This document shows, in pieces, positions 39,501 to 53,500 of a stretch of DNA of 64,000 nucleotides (position 1 is the stretch's first letter; each line of letters begins with the position of its first letter). Below the pieces are notes generated by a model. That model made no database searches. It was not told the origin of the DNA and was given only the letters and a program-made list of their open reading frames with translations. The position numbers and the translations under genes are program-made. Source of the stretch: Microbotryum violaceum (taxonomy: Eukaryota); the NCBI GenBank assembly GCA_001244265.2, contig CDLV01000008.1:806001-870000 (forward strand), given 5' to 3'.

Positions 39501-41029
39501 GGAATCTGCATACCAGCGTTGCCGTGTCCGGATTCCGTATTCAGTAACGGGCTACACTCGAGGGGCTGGAAAGCGGTCGCTGCGTACCTTGTACTGAGCA
39601 CTGAGGATGGCGAGTGGGCCATGTTCTTCAAATGGGGTCGTGTAGTAGCATAATTTGTACAGGAAGACGCCCAAAGCCCAGATATCTACATAATGCACCT
39701 CGAAGACGATCAGCTCAATCGGTATTCCACGACCACGAACGGCGAACGAACGCACCGATCTTCTCGTCGAACCCTTTTCGGGACCAGACATCGACCAGTT
39801 CGGGTGCACGGTACTGCAGCGTGGTTGTGGTATTGATCTCGAGCTCGAGCGCTTGCAACCCCTCAACGGCGGTGGGGACCTTGTCCTTGGGTAATGGTTT
39901 GGTCGTACTGCCGAAATCGCACAACTTGAACGTCTGAGGTGGGGAGAGGAGGATGTTCTCGACTTTGAGATCTCGATGGATGAGGGGTGGGTCCTGGTAG
40001 TGCATGTGAGCGACGGCCTGTGCATCACCGTTTCAACCAACTGTCAGCGCTTGGTCACCGCTTCCATTATGTGATCGGACTTGTGCGCACCTCGACGGTA
40101 TCGCTGAAGATCTTGAGGATCTCGGTCTCTGTGAGTCGGTTTTGTAACCTCGTGTTCATCAAGTCAATGATACCACCGCCTGTCGCCGAGCAAGAGCCGA
40201 ATCAGAGTCAGTCCGAACTCTCCAGCTGAACCGCTCACCCCACTTGCGAGGACACGACAATCACCGGTCACTGACCTGCACACCACTCCATCAATATGTA
40301 GATCTCGTATCCTTTGCTCCCATTCGTCCCCCCCGGCAGATCAGCTACGGAAGCTTCGATGATATTGACGATCTTGGGATGATTCCGAACCAGTTTCTGG
40401 TTTCGACAGAGCAGATCGAAGCGCGGTCAGATCTGGGGGGTTCGCGAGCCAAGCATGGCCAGCTCTTACTGACCATGACTTGGACCTCCTTGCCAACTTC
40501 GTGCACCCCTTTGGTGTCGGGCACGGCCATACGTTTGAGCACATGTTTGGTCGTCGCATTCGATGAGCCGGCGGGAATGGGACTCGCGGAGGTGGCGAGG
40601 TAGACGTGGGCGAATCCACCTGATGAGTGGGACAAACAGTACGGTCAGTGCTCGTCTCTCGGCGTGGAATGGTGTCGAGATTCGCAAGCGGTGATAGGTA
40701 GGTAGTGTACCACCCCCGAACGGAGATGAGCGAGTGGAGCGTTCACCCGTCCCCAGCTCCTACAGTCACAGTCCGGTCACCAAAGTAGCTCGCTCACCTT
40801 CACTCAAGAATCGATCCACTTTGACCTCGTACTCTCCAACCCTGACGATCGTCCCCGGTGGTAGCGTACCAGGCGGTACGTTGCTCGCTTGAGTGGGGGG
40901 AACGAACTGCGGCAGGCCACCGCCGGCGTGGGGGTGGGCGGATGTAGCGGGTGCGACGACGGCACGAGGCACGTAGCTCGAACGGTTCGAGGTGGAGGCG
41001 AACAACGAGGGCGGTTGATAGGCTGCCAT
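36523..41029 (-). CDS. NAK-family (Ark1/Prk1/Akl1-like) actin-regulating kinase
   Basis: [88 protein letters not shown] and [20 protein letters not shown], followed by a long low-complexity C-terminus. Confidence 0.92.
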
Positions 41030-42241
41030 CGTGGATTTGGATGTGGGCGAGCTAAGAGCGCTTGGCCTGATCGGTGGCACGTCACAGTCGTCCGGGTGGA
41101 GGGAAGATACGGTGAGATCGGTCCACGGTCGATCGTACCGCTTATCGTGGCACAGATGGTCTTCTACCTCAGAGCTCCAAGAAAGCTTCGTGAAAATGGC
41201 TGCAGTGCCGAGTCAACGAGGGGAGAGCGCGATGCTGATCCAGTGTCGAAAGTGAGACCCTGAGCGCACGGAAGGAAGGAGTGGGGTGGGAAGGGCAGGG
41301 GGGGGCTACGGTGGACGTGCGCGTGGTCATCATCGTCATAGTATAGCACCCGGGAACTCAGCCAAGAAAACCGCAATTTTAGGCCAATTTGTATATCGGG
41401 ATAAGGTGCCTAAGTGATCGATTTGTACCTAGTTTGAATTGATGAACACGACGAGATTGCCCAAGATCCGCGCTTCAAAAGCCAGAAACATGGACGATCA
41501 CTCCCGGCCGACGACTCGGACGACCGGGTGCAAGTTGTCGCGTCCGTCCGCTTGTCGGATCTGCTATCTCCCGTCTGCATTGTCCCCATCCTGGCCAATT
41601 CCATTCCGGATTGCCCGCAAAGACGCTGCAAATACCCCTTTGAAGCTTTCGCAGCTGGTTGCTAATTTTGCACTTGCGCCTGTGGGTCCAAGCTGAGGCT
41701 GCAGTGCAGGGCTCGCCAAGTGTGGCCGCCGTCCAAGCCAACACCAGCCGGGAGCTCAACGGCCTGCATGTTCAAGTCGAGGTGTCGACGCAGCTGACGA
41801 CCTGGTGACCATTCAAGAAGAAGATTCGAGCTTGTGCTGCGATTTTAGTCAAGACTCCAAAACTGGCTTGCGTAGGAAAGAGCTTCTGAATTACGATGTT
41901 CGGCAACAAGCCATTGGCGACGTTCTTCGACGACATTTGGGACAAGGAGCCGACTGAGCGCGAAGAACGAAGCTGCGATGAGGCCGCTCCGAAGCCAACT
42001 TCTCGGAGTCTTGTCACCAAATGAGGGAAAGAGTCAAAAAGAACTGGATGCCCCCCCCCTGAGCAAGTACATGCAAATGAGCGGGCGTCACGATGTGGGA
42101 CTTGCGTGGGCTGTAGTGGGGGTGGGGGCGAACTGATAACTGATGCTGTTGGCGTTTCATTACGTCCGTTTTGCCTTGTCGTTGTTTCTGAAACCGACAT
42201 CTATATATACTCTACGAAGGATGGAGCTGAAGACTAGCCGC

Positions 42242-42537
42242 TGCCGCTCTCGACCCGGCTCATCTATCCCATCATACCGATTTCGACACCCACCCCATGC
42301 AACGAAGGTTCGAGCCACCATACGTTTGATCTCAAGCTCGGATGACTGTTCTACCGCAGTAAGGCCCTTCGGCACGAGGCACGGAAGTGCGCTTGTCACC
42401 TCCGTGCCGAGGGGCCTTGCGGTGGTGGACAGGTACGCGAACTTGAGATCAAACATGATGTAGCTGAAGACTTTTGTTGCCTCGAGTCGACGCCTCGATC
42501 AGTATGACCGGGTAGATGAGCGGGGTCGAGAGCGGCA
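42242..42537. other. ~300-nt imperfect rod-like hairpin (candidate structured/hairpin RNA or decayed MITE)
   Basis: Nested complementary blocks: 42242-42281 with 42498-42537; GCAACGAAGG with CTTTTGTTGC; TTTGATCTCAAGCTCG with CGAACTTGAGATCAAA; AAGGCCCTTCGGCACG with CGTGCCGAGGGGCCTT. The apex is GCAC-GGAA-GTGC. Confidence 0.75.
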
Positions 42538-42933
42538 CCGGTGTCGTCGACGCAAGGGGTTCGGGTCTTGATTGGTGGCGCTCTCGCCTGCTCCCAGTCG
42601 CAGTGGGTGCCCCTTTGGCGCCAGCATCAGCTGGCAAGGCGCTTCAAGAAGACCTAATGCTGACTGGTGAGGGGAAGAAGGGAACGGAGAGGTCAGTGCA
42701 TGGGCACAGCGATAGTACGTGGCTAGAAGACGCGAGGGCGTGCGCGCGCCTAAGTAGATCTTCATCACCCGAAGTGGCCCCTTGCGCTCGGCCCCTTCCT
42801 CTCCACCTCTAAACTCGTCACTTATGAAAATAGGCCAAGATCCTTTGCATTTGCATTCTATAACGAGGACCAACCAAATCAATATAGTGAAGTCAAAACT
42901 AGACGCATCACGAACCACTCCTTCTATACCCGT

Positions 42934-45900
42934 TCACACATCCTGCGTCGGATCCCAATCCTCGCCCGGTGGTGCCCGCGCGACATGCACATGCCCCTTT
43001 TCATCCATCATCGCCCCTTCCGAGCTCACATCCACGCCTGCAGCTTGCGAGGCTTCGACTTCCGCTCGCCAATACCCGGCTTGGTCTTGAGGGATCCAGA
43101 TGGTCGGATAGCCCTGCATGAAGTTCGAGGTGGGGATGAAGCCTTCTTAGTGAGTGGAAGGCCATTCATTACTCAGACCGTGCTACGCACCTCGTAAATC
43201 GCGGGCGGATCGAACGCCCTTCGGTCGAGATGTTCTTCTCCTGGTAAAATTCCTTCTCGATCGACCCTGGCGGCTGGTACGCCCGTCCCTTGGTGCTCCG
43301 GCCGCTTCATCGCCGGTTCAGGAGGGTAGCCTGTCGAAAGTCAAGCCCAGAAGTCAGCATTTCCTCATTATCGCATTCCCCTCCTTACCCCGTCCAAACC
43401 CAAACTCACTCATCCCTTCCTCCTTCCTCTGTCCCTTCTCCCCTCCACCCATCTTGGGACTCTCCAAGCGTTCTACATCATCGTACAGCGCCTGCCTCTC
43501 CGCAGTCTTGCCCGCAATGCTCAACGGCAAATTCGCAATCAACGGATCATACCCCGATTTCATCGTCATCTGGAACAAGGCCGTAAACACGATCAAGATG
43601 ATCGTCAAAGCACCGTGGGGGATGCAGATGGCTTTTCCCCTCGAATCGCGGGCGAGGAAGAACAGTCCGGCGAGGCAGACGAGTTCGATGTAAAGGCCGA
43701 CGAAGACATGCGTGATTGCCTTGGGGTAGAAGAGGCCACCCGTTTCGGCTTCCCGAGGCGTGTCGAGGACGAGAGAGAACAAGTACTGTGGAAGGGGTGG
43801 TCGCGTCAGTCAACCGCGCGCAACGAGAGGGGGTGATGAACTGGTTGGCTCACCTTGTACAAGAACCAGTACAGGAAGAAGGCGAAAAAGGCGAACCCGG
43901 TAATAAGCGGCGAGATGATCGAGTACGACAAGCCAATGACGGTCAACAACGTGGTAGCGGGGAACATGGTACCCCAATCAGTCGTCGACATTTGGTAACG
44001 AATTGAGAACACCGAACGAGGCGTCGAACCGAGCAAGAACAGCTTGAGGTAGAAAATGGCGAGCGTGGTGATCTGCAACAATCCTCCGGCTGCACCAGCG
44101 ATTGCTGTAGTACAAAAGTAGGTCAAGAAGAAGTTGCTGGCCGAAGGGAGTTGGGTCGCGAGCAATGTCACGGCGCTTCCTGGGTTCTTGGAGATGACGG
44201 GAATCGCCTTGACCAAACCACTGGCGAGGGTGACAACGAGGAATCCATGGATGACGAGAATCAAGAAGTAGCGATCCATAAGCGACAGCTCGATTTGAGA
44301 GCGCAGCGGAATACCTTCGACTCGGGCAAAGATGCGCAGGATGATGGGCAGCAGGATGAAGAGGACTGCCAACGCCACAGGGGGTAGAGCTCCCTGTATG
44401 ATACCGTTCAGCGGGACTGGAATTTTGCACTGTTGAGCCAAAACATAATCTTGGGTCAGTGGACCTCGCAGAGCGCTTTTGAAGGTCTGGGACAGCCTAC
44501 CAGCCAGGCTAGCCAAGGTGCAGAGATGCAGAGTGCCGAGACGTTCGACAAACTACCGACAAAGGCGACGGGGAACGACCAAACGATGATCAAACCTATC
44601 GTAGCACCCCATGAAGCGGAATACCGTAGTGTTCCATTCGAAGGGTTGACGGATAAGTTCCTCCAGATGACATCCTCGCGATCGACCTCGACCCATTTCG
44701 CAGACATGCGCAGCGGCGTGTGATGACACAGCAGCTGTGAGAACATGTGCGCCGCGATCTGCTCGTTGAACTGGATAAACGCCGCCGACTGGGGAGGGTA
44801 GGTCTCAAAGCCCTGCGAGGAGTACAGCTCTGCACGACCTGCCTCGAGTTGCTCCGTCGTCGTCGCGATCTCTGCTCTCGCCCATTCGATCGTGTCGACC
44901 TTTTCACCAAAGATCCCCAGGGCGCCAAGCTTGTGCTTGGGGCGGTGATCATCGGGTACCAGCTCTTGGATCGAGTCGGGACTGGATCCATTTTCGTTCT
45001 TGGTCGACATTTCGACCTCGTCGAGCTTGCTCTGCTTCTTTGACTCCTTGCGTTGCTTCTTGTTCTTGGCGGCAATCATTTTGGCGGCGGTGCGAAGCAG
45101 CTTGAACTCGGCCGATTCGAGCTTTTTGCATGCCTTGCGTCGACGGTCGTACAAGTCGGGTAGTTTTTTCAGGTCTCTACACGGGATGCCTCACTCGGGG
45201 TCAGGCAGGCTCAAAAGAATGATCAGCCTAACCATATCACGAAAACGAACCTGACGATCCAGACGCGCTTGACGCCCCCTGGCAAGATGTTGCAGAATTG
45301 CGTCATGGCTTCCTCCGAGAGGTATTCGCGAGATACACCCGTGACAAGCACCGTCCGGGATCTAGCGAGCATCGCATGGTCGCGCGAAATGAGAAAGTCT
45401 TGTCGAAGCGTGACAAAGACGGCCAGCTCGCGCCGAATCAGGTACCAGACCCAAAAAGTGAGCAGCCAGGCGAGGATGAGATGCGCAGCGTAGCGGGGGC
45501 TTTGCGCGAGACCGACGTTGCCAAAGGTGAACTGGTCGAGGCCCACGTTGGTGCCGTCCGAATTGGCGGCATCGATGGGGAGCAGGATAATCCACGTGAC
45601 GACCCAGAAAGGGAAGAAGATTTCCATCATGAGGTACAAGAAGCGGACGAAGACGTAGGCATCCAAGCCATTGTGGGTAATGATGAGCTTTGAATCGAGT
45701 TTGAGGATGTACGGTATCCAGGAAAGCAGTCCCGGGGGCAAGGGATCGATGCGCTTGGACGGCGGCACCAGATAGGAGCGAGGGTTGTAGATCTTGCGAA
45801 ATCGGTTTCGAATAATTATGAAGGCTGCGATCTGTACAACCGATGATGGTGAGATTTTTCAGCGGTCGTATTTCCACTCATGTTGCCGTCTTAGTATTTT

Positions 45901-46492
45901 CTCCGATGCCGCTCGGAGATAGGCCGGGTTTCCGCCATATCCGAGCTTGGGTCAGGGGTGAAAGAGCAAGACCACGTGAATCAGTCGCTCGGCCGTCGCT
46001 GGCGATGAAGGTGGCCAAGATTGGAGCGGCGGTTGCAGCCCAAGGCGATACATCGGACGTTCCGGCTGATGCGACAGTGTCCCGATCCGATGATGACCCG
46101 GGAGTCACGTCCAATGAAAGCCGTCCGCTTCGACGCCAGACAGGTCGAGCGCTAGTCTAGCTTCGCACGGACCCTTCAACGAGTGGCTCGTCCCTCGGTA
46201 CGTTTGGATTGGCGACCCCACTATTGCGAGTTCAGTCCTCACCTCTACACCAGCTACAGCGAGACCCGACACCAAGGCCGTCACGAAAGTCTGCGTCGAC
46301 TTGTTGGCTGCGAAACCACAGCGCGGCACGGCGCGGCGAGCAATGACGACGACGACACGATGACGGAGAAAACACGCCCGGCGCGTAGAGAGACGATGGA
46401 GGAAGAAGCATCAAGCGATAAGTAGTGCATTCACCGTGGGATGGGAGATGTGGGTAGGTGTACGTACTGGCATCCGCTGCTGTCAACGACAT
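42934..46492 (-). CDS. CSC1/OSCA/TMEM63 (DUF221, Rsn1/Phm7-like) calcium-permeable stress-gated channel
   Basis: KIYNPRSYL, NGLDAYVFVRFL, GLDQFTFGNV, SRTVLVTGV, SAAFIQFNEQIAAH, DVIWRNL, LPSASNFFLTY and ETGGLFYPKAITHVFVGLYI. Start MSLTAADA at 46492. Confidence 0.93.
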
Positions 46493-47246
46493 GTCGCAGG
46501 GCGGTGGCTGTCCCCAAGAAAAGCAAACGTGTAGGTGAGGAGATGCGAAGGGTGTACATATCAAATTTCCCGCTGCGCCCCGCCCAACGGCCGAGATCGA
46601 TCGCAATCGCCGGCCGAGCTTTTTCCTTATCTATGTTATCTGTGCCTTCTTGCCCTCCCGTTTTCGCATCCCTTCTGACTCCATCCAATTTGATCAGAGG
46701 ATTTCCGGTGCAATAGACCTCTTCCTTCTCCAGTTGAACGGCAAACGATCATACAAGACTCACCGTCTGCTTGAACGCTGCCCACCCTAACGTTGTCTTC
46801 TTCCTCTCCTTCATCGGATCATCCCACCTCAGCTTCGTATACAAGCTATGCTGCTCCCTTCCAGTACACCAGCTGATGTTCGAAAAATCTGTTATCCAAA
46901 TTTGGCAAGAAAGACTCGAACATGAGCCCCTCGAGCATAATGAAGATTACCAAGAGCTGAGGGTGAATAAGCAGAACCAAAGGGGTTTTCCGGCGATCCC
47001 TTCAATTTGAAAACCTTCGTAGGCAGGAGTTGGGCGCAGGCTAGGACTGATTGAGGGGCGAATAAGACTATCATGACCCGTTTGGATGCGATCTCACACA
47101 ACTTCTACAAAAAAGTCGAATAGTTTGGTCATGTCATGACAAGACATCCATCTTCCTTCCTTCCTGGAGAGAAAAAAAACAAAAAAAAAAAAACAAAAAA
47201 AAAAAACCACGTCCAACCTAAAATCCAGTGCTCGTTTCTCGTCTCC

Positions 47247-50178
47247 CTACTCATCAATATCCTGTGCTCCTCTCCTCTTTCCGGCCTGCCTTGACTGAGC
47301 GGCGGGGTGACGCGCCAATTCAGGTGGGCACCTGGACACGGGCGATTTAGTAATTTCTTGCTTGAGGTCGTACCTATACAGAAAGACAAAGGGAGGGGCC
47401 ACAATCGATCAGTTTTTTCGGTATGAGAGTTGAACGAAATAGAGTAGCGTGACGCGACGTACATCAAATCCTCATCGTGATCCGCCAAGAACGTGATCGC
47501 CGTACCCGTCTTACCCGCGCGACCCGTCCTACCGATCCTATGAATGTACGCCTCGATCGTGTTCGACATTTGGAAATTGACGACCAAAGAAACATCGGGA
47601 ACGTCGATACCACGCCCTGCAAGATCGGTGGCAACCAATACGTCGTTCTCGCCGTTGCGGATCGAGTTGAGAGCTGCTTCGCGTTGCTCTTGGTTCTTGC
47701 CCGAATGAAGGGTCGTAGCGTTCCACTGTGAGAAAAAAGGAACAGCATATGCGTCAAGTCAGTCAACACTTTCGAAAGTAAAAGTAAAAGGGTCAAGATG
47801 CCACTCACTCTCGCCCGAACCAAATCTTTCATCACCACATCCGCCGCCTTCTTCTGATTGACAAACACAATCATCGGCGGTTCGAACCCACCATGGTTGA
47901 GGATCTCCAATAACCTCGCCTTCTTCTTATCCTCGACGGTGATAAACTCGACCCTTTGATCGACCGTATCGACGGCTTGTCCGGCCACACCGATCGTCAC
48001 GATTGCGGGTCGTCGTAGATACTTCTTCGCCAGTCGTTCTACGGCGGGAGGCATGGTGGCGGAGAACATGACCGTTTGTCGATACAAGGCCAGGGTCGAT
48101 TCGGTCGTGGTCGATCCTTCAGCGGGCGCAATGATCATCGACGACATCTTCTCCCCGTCCTCCGCTTCCTCACTATCCGGTTTGAGGTTCGACACGGGCA
48201 AAGCGTCCAAAATAAAGTTGAGCACGTCCTCGAAGCCGAGTGAGACCATTCGATCGGCTTCATCCATGACGACGTAGGTGCATTGGCTGAGTACCAACAC
48301 CGATCGTTCGATACAATCCTTCAAACGACCTGGAGTCGCAATGACGATCTCGGCACCTTCGCGAAGGGACAAAGCTTGAGCTTCGATCTCTTTTCCACCG
48401 ACGATGGAAACGCATTTGTAGCCTAACAGTTTGCAAAACTTGTTCGTCTCGGATTCAATTTGTTGGGCCAATTCACGCGTAGGTGCGAGGACGAGAGCAT
48501 AAGGACCTTGGGATCGGTTCTCATCGGTGAAGGGGGGCAGTCGGGAGATGTAGGCCAACATGGGGACGACGAACGCCGCTGTTTTTCCTGAACCTGTTTC
48601 GGCGATACCGATTTGATCCCTGTTCAACAAACCGATCGGGATCGCCTGCCTTTGGATGGGCGAAGGTTCCTTGTACCCGATCTCCTCGATCGCGTCCAAG
48701 ATGGGTCGAGGGATACTCGACTCCTCCCATGATCGTAATGGCAAGGGAATGTGCCCTCCCCGAGCGGCGATGGAGAAGTCTTCTCGGAAAATACGCCAGT
48801 CTCGATCCCGCATCTCGTCGAGCGATTTCTCGGTCCAGTGACGATCGTCGATGGAACCCTTGAGGCGCTTACCCGAACCGCCGGAAGGTGCACGGTCCAA
48901 ATCGCGATCAAAGCCACCCAAGTGACCTCGACCGAAGAGGCGAGGAACGAGAGCTTGAACGGGGTGGGGAGGGGCGGCTATCCCGGGCGCTTCGGTGCGG
49001 TTCGTTCCTCCGTGGTTCGGGTTGCGACGTTCGTAAGGGGAGGGTTTGGATACGGTTGGGGGTATGTAGGGTTTGTATATGGGGTCAACTTCGTTCGAGG
49101 CCGTGTCGTCTGTTCGGTCCCAGTCGAAATCGAACTTTTTGGTCGAAATTTTCGTTTTCTGGATGCGATAGAAAGAGCCGTCAGCTTCAGGATCGGCATA
49201 CAACTTTGTCCCGTGACTGACCTTGCGTTTCTCCAAATGATTCGCGCCAAGGTACCGGGTCGCGTTCAACTTGTCATTCAAGGGGATCGCCGCCGCCGCC
49301 GCCGCGTTGACACCTTGTTCAGCGGCCATTTCGGCCAAAGTTAATTTGCGTTTCGGTGCGACTGGAGCTGGGGTGTCTTGCTGGATTGGTTTCGGTTCTT
49401 GTTGCTCCTCCTTGATGGAGGGTTCTTCTGACTTGGCCGTCGTCGTCGTCGTTGATGGGACGGCGTTGTCCGTTGCTGAGGGCCGAGCAGAAGGTGAAGG
49501 CATTTCGCCCTTCGATCTCGCACCATCAAGTTGCATCCGATCGTCTCCATTCCTCTGCGAATACGCGTCCCTCTCCCTGTCCGCTCTAGGTGCGGAAGGT
49601 GGGGGTGGTCCCCCCGAGTATCAAAGCGTCGATCGTGATTCCCCCTCGGTCCCGTAGGCGTATGGTCGTCGGGTCGGGAAGGTTGAAAGCCCAAGCCACT
49701 TCTTGCTCTTGCATTCCTCGAATGGTTTGCATATGCTCCCCTCGCCGAGGAGGACGATTGGCCATTGTAGTCGAGTGCCCCGTTCCTGCCAGCTCTCGAA
49801 TCGAAAGCCCGGTCATCGTACCTCCCCTGACCACTGCCGCCATAGCTGCGTTGTTGAGGTTGGGACTGATTCGACGGGGTCGATCGTTCGAGTTGGTTCT
49901 GCTTGAGTTGGAGTTGGAGTTGTTGTTCTTTCGCGGCTTCGACTTGGGCTGCTCGTTCGGCGAGGGCGATCGCGGCTCGTTCTTGTTTGGTCAGAAATTT
50001 GGGCTGGGGCGAAGGAGGAGTACGAGTCAATAAGGTAGGATGAAGTGAACTCGGGTAGTTGTCTGATAAAAGGACGGACCCTGGACTGCTCCTCCTTCTC
50101 CTGGCGCTGCTTGGCCAAGAGGGCTTCGATCGAGATGGGCGTGCGAGTTGAGCCATTGCCGTTGGAAGAGGACGACAT
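47247..50178 (-). CDS. PRP28: Pre-mRNA splicing DEAD-box helicase Prp28
   Basis: [70 protein letters not shown] and [10 protein letters not shown]. Apparent frameshift near 49610. Confidence 0.95.
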
Positions 50179-50523
50179 GCTGCACCCCGGCTCACACTAT
50201 ATATATATATATATTGAACGAGAACAAGTTGTCGTTCGGAGATGGGGGGCAAGGGGTACGAGGGTAGGAGGGTAGAGGCGGAGAAGAGGGAGGGAACGTG
50301 TGGCGTTGGTTCGAGCGCGTGACTTGGGCGCGCAAGGGCGCCGACGTGCGGAGACTTGGCCGTCCATTAGCCGTCCATTAGTAGCAGACTTGAGCCTGAT
50401 AATTGAGCTTTTGAGGGGGGACAAGCTCGATCCGTTCGAGTCTCCTGCGGTCGGTTTGACGCTCCTCGTCGGCTCCGTTCCCACCCTTCTCACGCCTCTG
50501 ACCATACTCCTTCCTCCTCCACC
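50179..50523. promoter_or_regulatory. Bidirectional promoter region between PRP28 and TFIP11
   Basis: 345 bp between divergent ATGs. Contains a (TA)8 tract at 50198-50214 and GCCGTCCATTA x2 at 50359-50380. Confidence 0.6.
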
Positions 50524-53500
50524 ATGGCGCGCCGTAAATCGGCCTTCATCGAAGACGCCACCGACTCGGACTCGTCCCAATCCTCCTCCGCCTCCCACTC
50601 CCAATTCGCCTCCACCGAGGACCATGACGCCCGAGCCGAGACCGACCTCTTCCTCGATCCGATCGCACGACAGAGGAGGGGCGTCAAGAGGAGCAGGGAG
50701 CAGAGGAAGGAGGATGCGTGGGGTGGTGTACTCGGCGGAACGGAACAGGAGGGGTATCAAAGGGGAGCTGGTCGTGCGCACAAGAGCGATGGCAACAGGT
50801 GGCTCAAGTAGGTCGAATCGAACCTTCGTTTCCGATGCAAAATGCTAATGGTGTGGTGGACTTGGGGGTGTGTGTTATCAGGACCGCGCCTTCGTTCGTA
50901 GCAGCTGGCTCGGACCCATCCAACCCGAAGAATGAACCGATCGATAATCTGGCCGATACGGGACCTAGGAAGAGACTTCAAGCTGCCAAGGAGGATGAGG
51001 ACGATCTCGACATGGAGATGGTCGATTCGGATGATGATCAGCCGCAAGAACCAGAAGACAGGGAGGACCACAATGACGATAACGACGACGACGACGACGA
51101 CGACGAAGGCGAGGACGCAGAACAAGACGACTATCAAGACGACGACGAGCCCACCGCAGCGAATCCAGATCATCACAACCTCGCCCCCGTCCCAGGCCTC
51201 GAAAACATCTCCATCGTTCCAGAGCTCGTGATCGAACAACCGACCGCCGCACTCGCTTTCGCACCTCGAATACGCCCCCGTACCGGCATCGGTGGTGGCG
51301 CACGCGCAGGGCTGGGGTCAGGTGCCGCCGGACGTCAGCAACTCGGATCTTCGGTGGCGAGCATGATCGCTTCTCATAATACTACCTCTTCGACATTTGC
51401 ATCGCCTTCGACGTCATCGCCTACCTTCGCCAAAGCTACGATCTCGGGAGCAAGAGGGGAAAGCGGATCTTTCTCCAGCTCTGAACCCACAACCTCGGCC
51501 CATCAGAATGGCGCAGATTCCCCCATGACCAAGGCATCCACACCTCGCACTGGACTCGGCGCTTTAAAAGCAGGCATAGGTCGATCAGGCATTGGAGCTC
51601 AAAGTTCAGATCCCGATCCCGATCCCGTGACGAAGGGGAGGGAAGGGTCACCTGGACGAGCGCTAGGTTTCGGTGCGAGACCTAGTTCGAAACTCGTCGA
51701 TGAGTTGAGATCGGAATTGGCCTCTTCCGGCGTCGAATCCAACTCGAGCGTCACCAATTCCAAATCGAACGAAACGACCGTTCCAGCACGAGCAAGAGAA
51801 CGCCGTTCCTTCCTCCCTACCGCTTCTACATCCACCTCGACCCCTTCGACCCAACCCGTCCATCGTATGTCCAAAAAAGAAGCGACCCACTTCGCCGCTC
51901 TGGCTTCATCCGGATCGCTCGGCTTGAAAATGCTCGAAAAGATGGGCTGGAAAGCCGGGACCGGATTAGGTGCGGACGGGCAGGGTATCGTCACTCCAAT
52001 CGGAGAGGGACAAAAGGTACGACAGGGGAAGAGTGGGATTACGAAAGGGGAGAGATCGGAGGGGGCCAAGGCGGACGAGAGGAGAAGGAAAGGATTGGTT
52101 AGTGATGAGGAGGAAGAAGAGGGGAGAGGGGGCAGAAGAGGAAAGGGGAAAGGGAAGGGAAAGGGATTGGGCGTGGGCGTGGAGGACTTGCTGTTGGTCG
52201 AAAGGGAGAACAATAAGGAAGCGTGGACTCAACCTGCCAGAACGAAAAAGAAGAACAAGGACAAGCCCGCTTACAAGACCTACGAGGAACTCGTCGCCGA
52301 ATCGGGTGGGGATCCGGTTCAACAATCGGGAGTGGGGATGTTGGTCGACCTTTCGGGCAATGCATTGCCGAGCACCTCATTGTCGTCCTTACCGGCTTTT
52401 GGCGCCGGTTCGGCCGATCCGACGAGATTACCCGAGTTGAGGCATAATTTGACGCTTTTGACGACGACGTTGGGGTCGAATTTATCGGCTTTGGCGAGGG
52501 AGGGCAAACAGGTCGAAGAACGAAGGAGGTATTTGAAGGTCGAGGAAGAGAGGATTCGTGGAGTCGTCGAAAAGCAGGAGTTGGCGATCGAGAGAGTTCA
52601 AGGCGTCTTGAAACTCGTCACGAGGATCAATGTTATCGAACAAGAAGTTGCGGAAGTGGCCAATATCATTTTGATCGACGGCGCTAGTGAAGGGTCCGAA
52701 CGGGTCTCACCGAACGATCTATTCAATTTTTTTATCGACGTTTTTGATGACCTTTTCGGGGAGTATCAAGATGAATACGCCGTACTTCAATTGGACGAAA
52801 TTGTCGTCGCGGCCATTGCACCCCTTTGTCGCAAACTATTCGCAACATGGGATCCTTTGACTTCGCCCTCGTACGCGGTCGATCAACTCAAGCGATGGAA
52901 AAAGCATTTCCTCATTGATAAGCACCAGGCTCGGGACCTCGAGGTCAAAAAGGGGTTGAAGGACACTGAGGTCTTTGGATCGACGGGGATGAGGTCGGGT
53001 GATGGAAAGGGTGTGGGTGGGAAGGGCGACCGGATGATGTCAGCTTATGAGACGATGTTGTGGACAATTTGGCTACCTCGCGTGAGGACAGCGATAAAGT
53101 GAGTTTGGGGTTTTGCATAAAAAGGAGCGGACCTGTTGCTCACGTCGCTATCTGTGGGAAACTCCACACAGTAATTATTGGTCAGCAGCGGATCCTACCC
53201 CCGTCGTGCAGCTCTATCAAGCCTGGTTCCCCCTCCTCCCCCGATTCCTCATCGACAACTTCCTCGACCAACTCGTTCTCCCCAAAGTCCTCCAAGCCAT
53301 ACAGGAATGGACACCTACGAGACGAGGTTCGGCACTCAAAATGGCTCGCCCACCTTTGCATCAGATTGTCTTCCCTTGGCTTGAAGTTGTGGGACAGCAG
53401 GGGAGAGCGGAGGGTGTGCTGGACGAGTCCAAGAGGAGGGTTAGGGGCTGGTTGAAAGGCTGGAAAAGTAGTGATGGGGTGCCTCAGGGGCTGGAGGCTT

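Noticed and set aside
42199-42212. A|TCTATATATAC as a Helitron 5' terminus
   Set aside because: I found no matching hairpin plus CTRR|T 3' end before the CSC1 stop codon, so I treated it as a TATA-like tract.
42242-42537. SRP RNA (about 300 nt, GGAA tetraloop, GAGG-CAC-GGAA-GTG resembling helix 8; SRP14 is in the same window)
   Set aside because: The 3' side reads CGCT rather than the conserved AGCA, there is no helix 6 branch, no convincing Alu-domain start and no poly(T) terminator. An Infernal scan would settle it.
47171-47206. A-rich tract as a retroposon poly(A) tail
   Set aside because: It lies just past the PRP28 stop (U-rich 3' UTR on the coding strand), with no element body or TSD.
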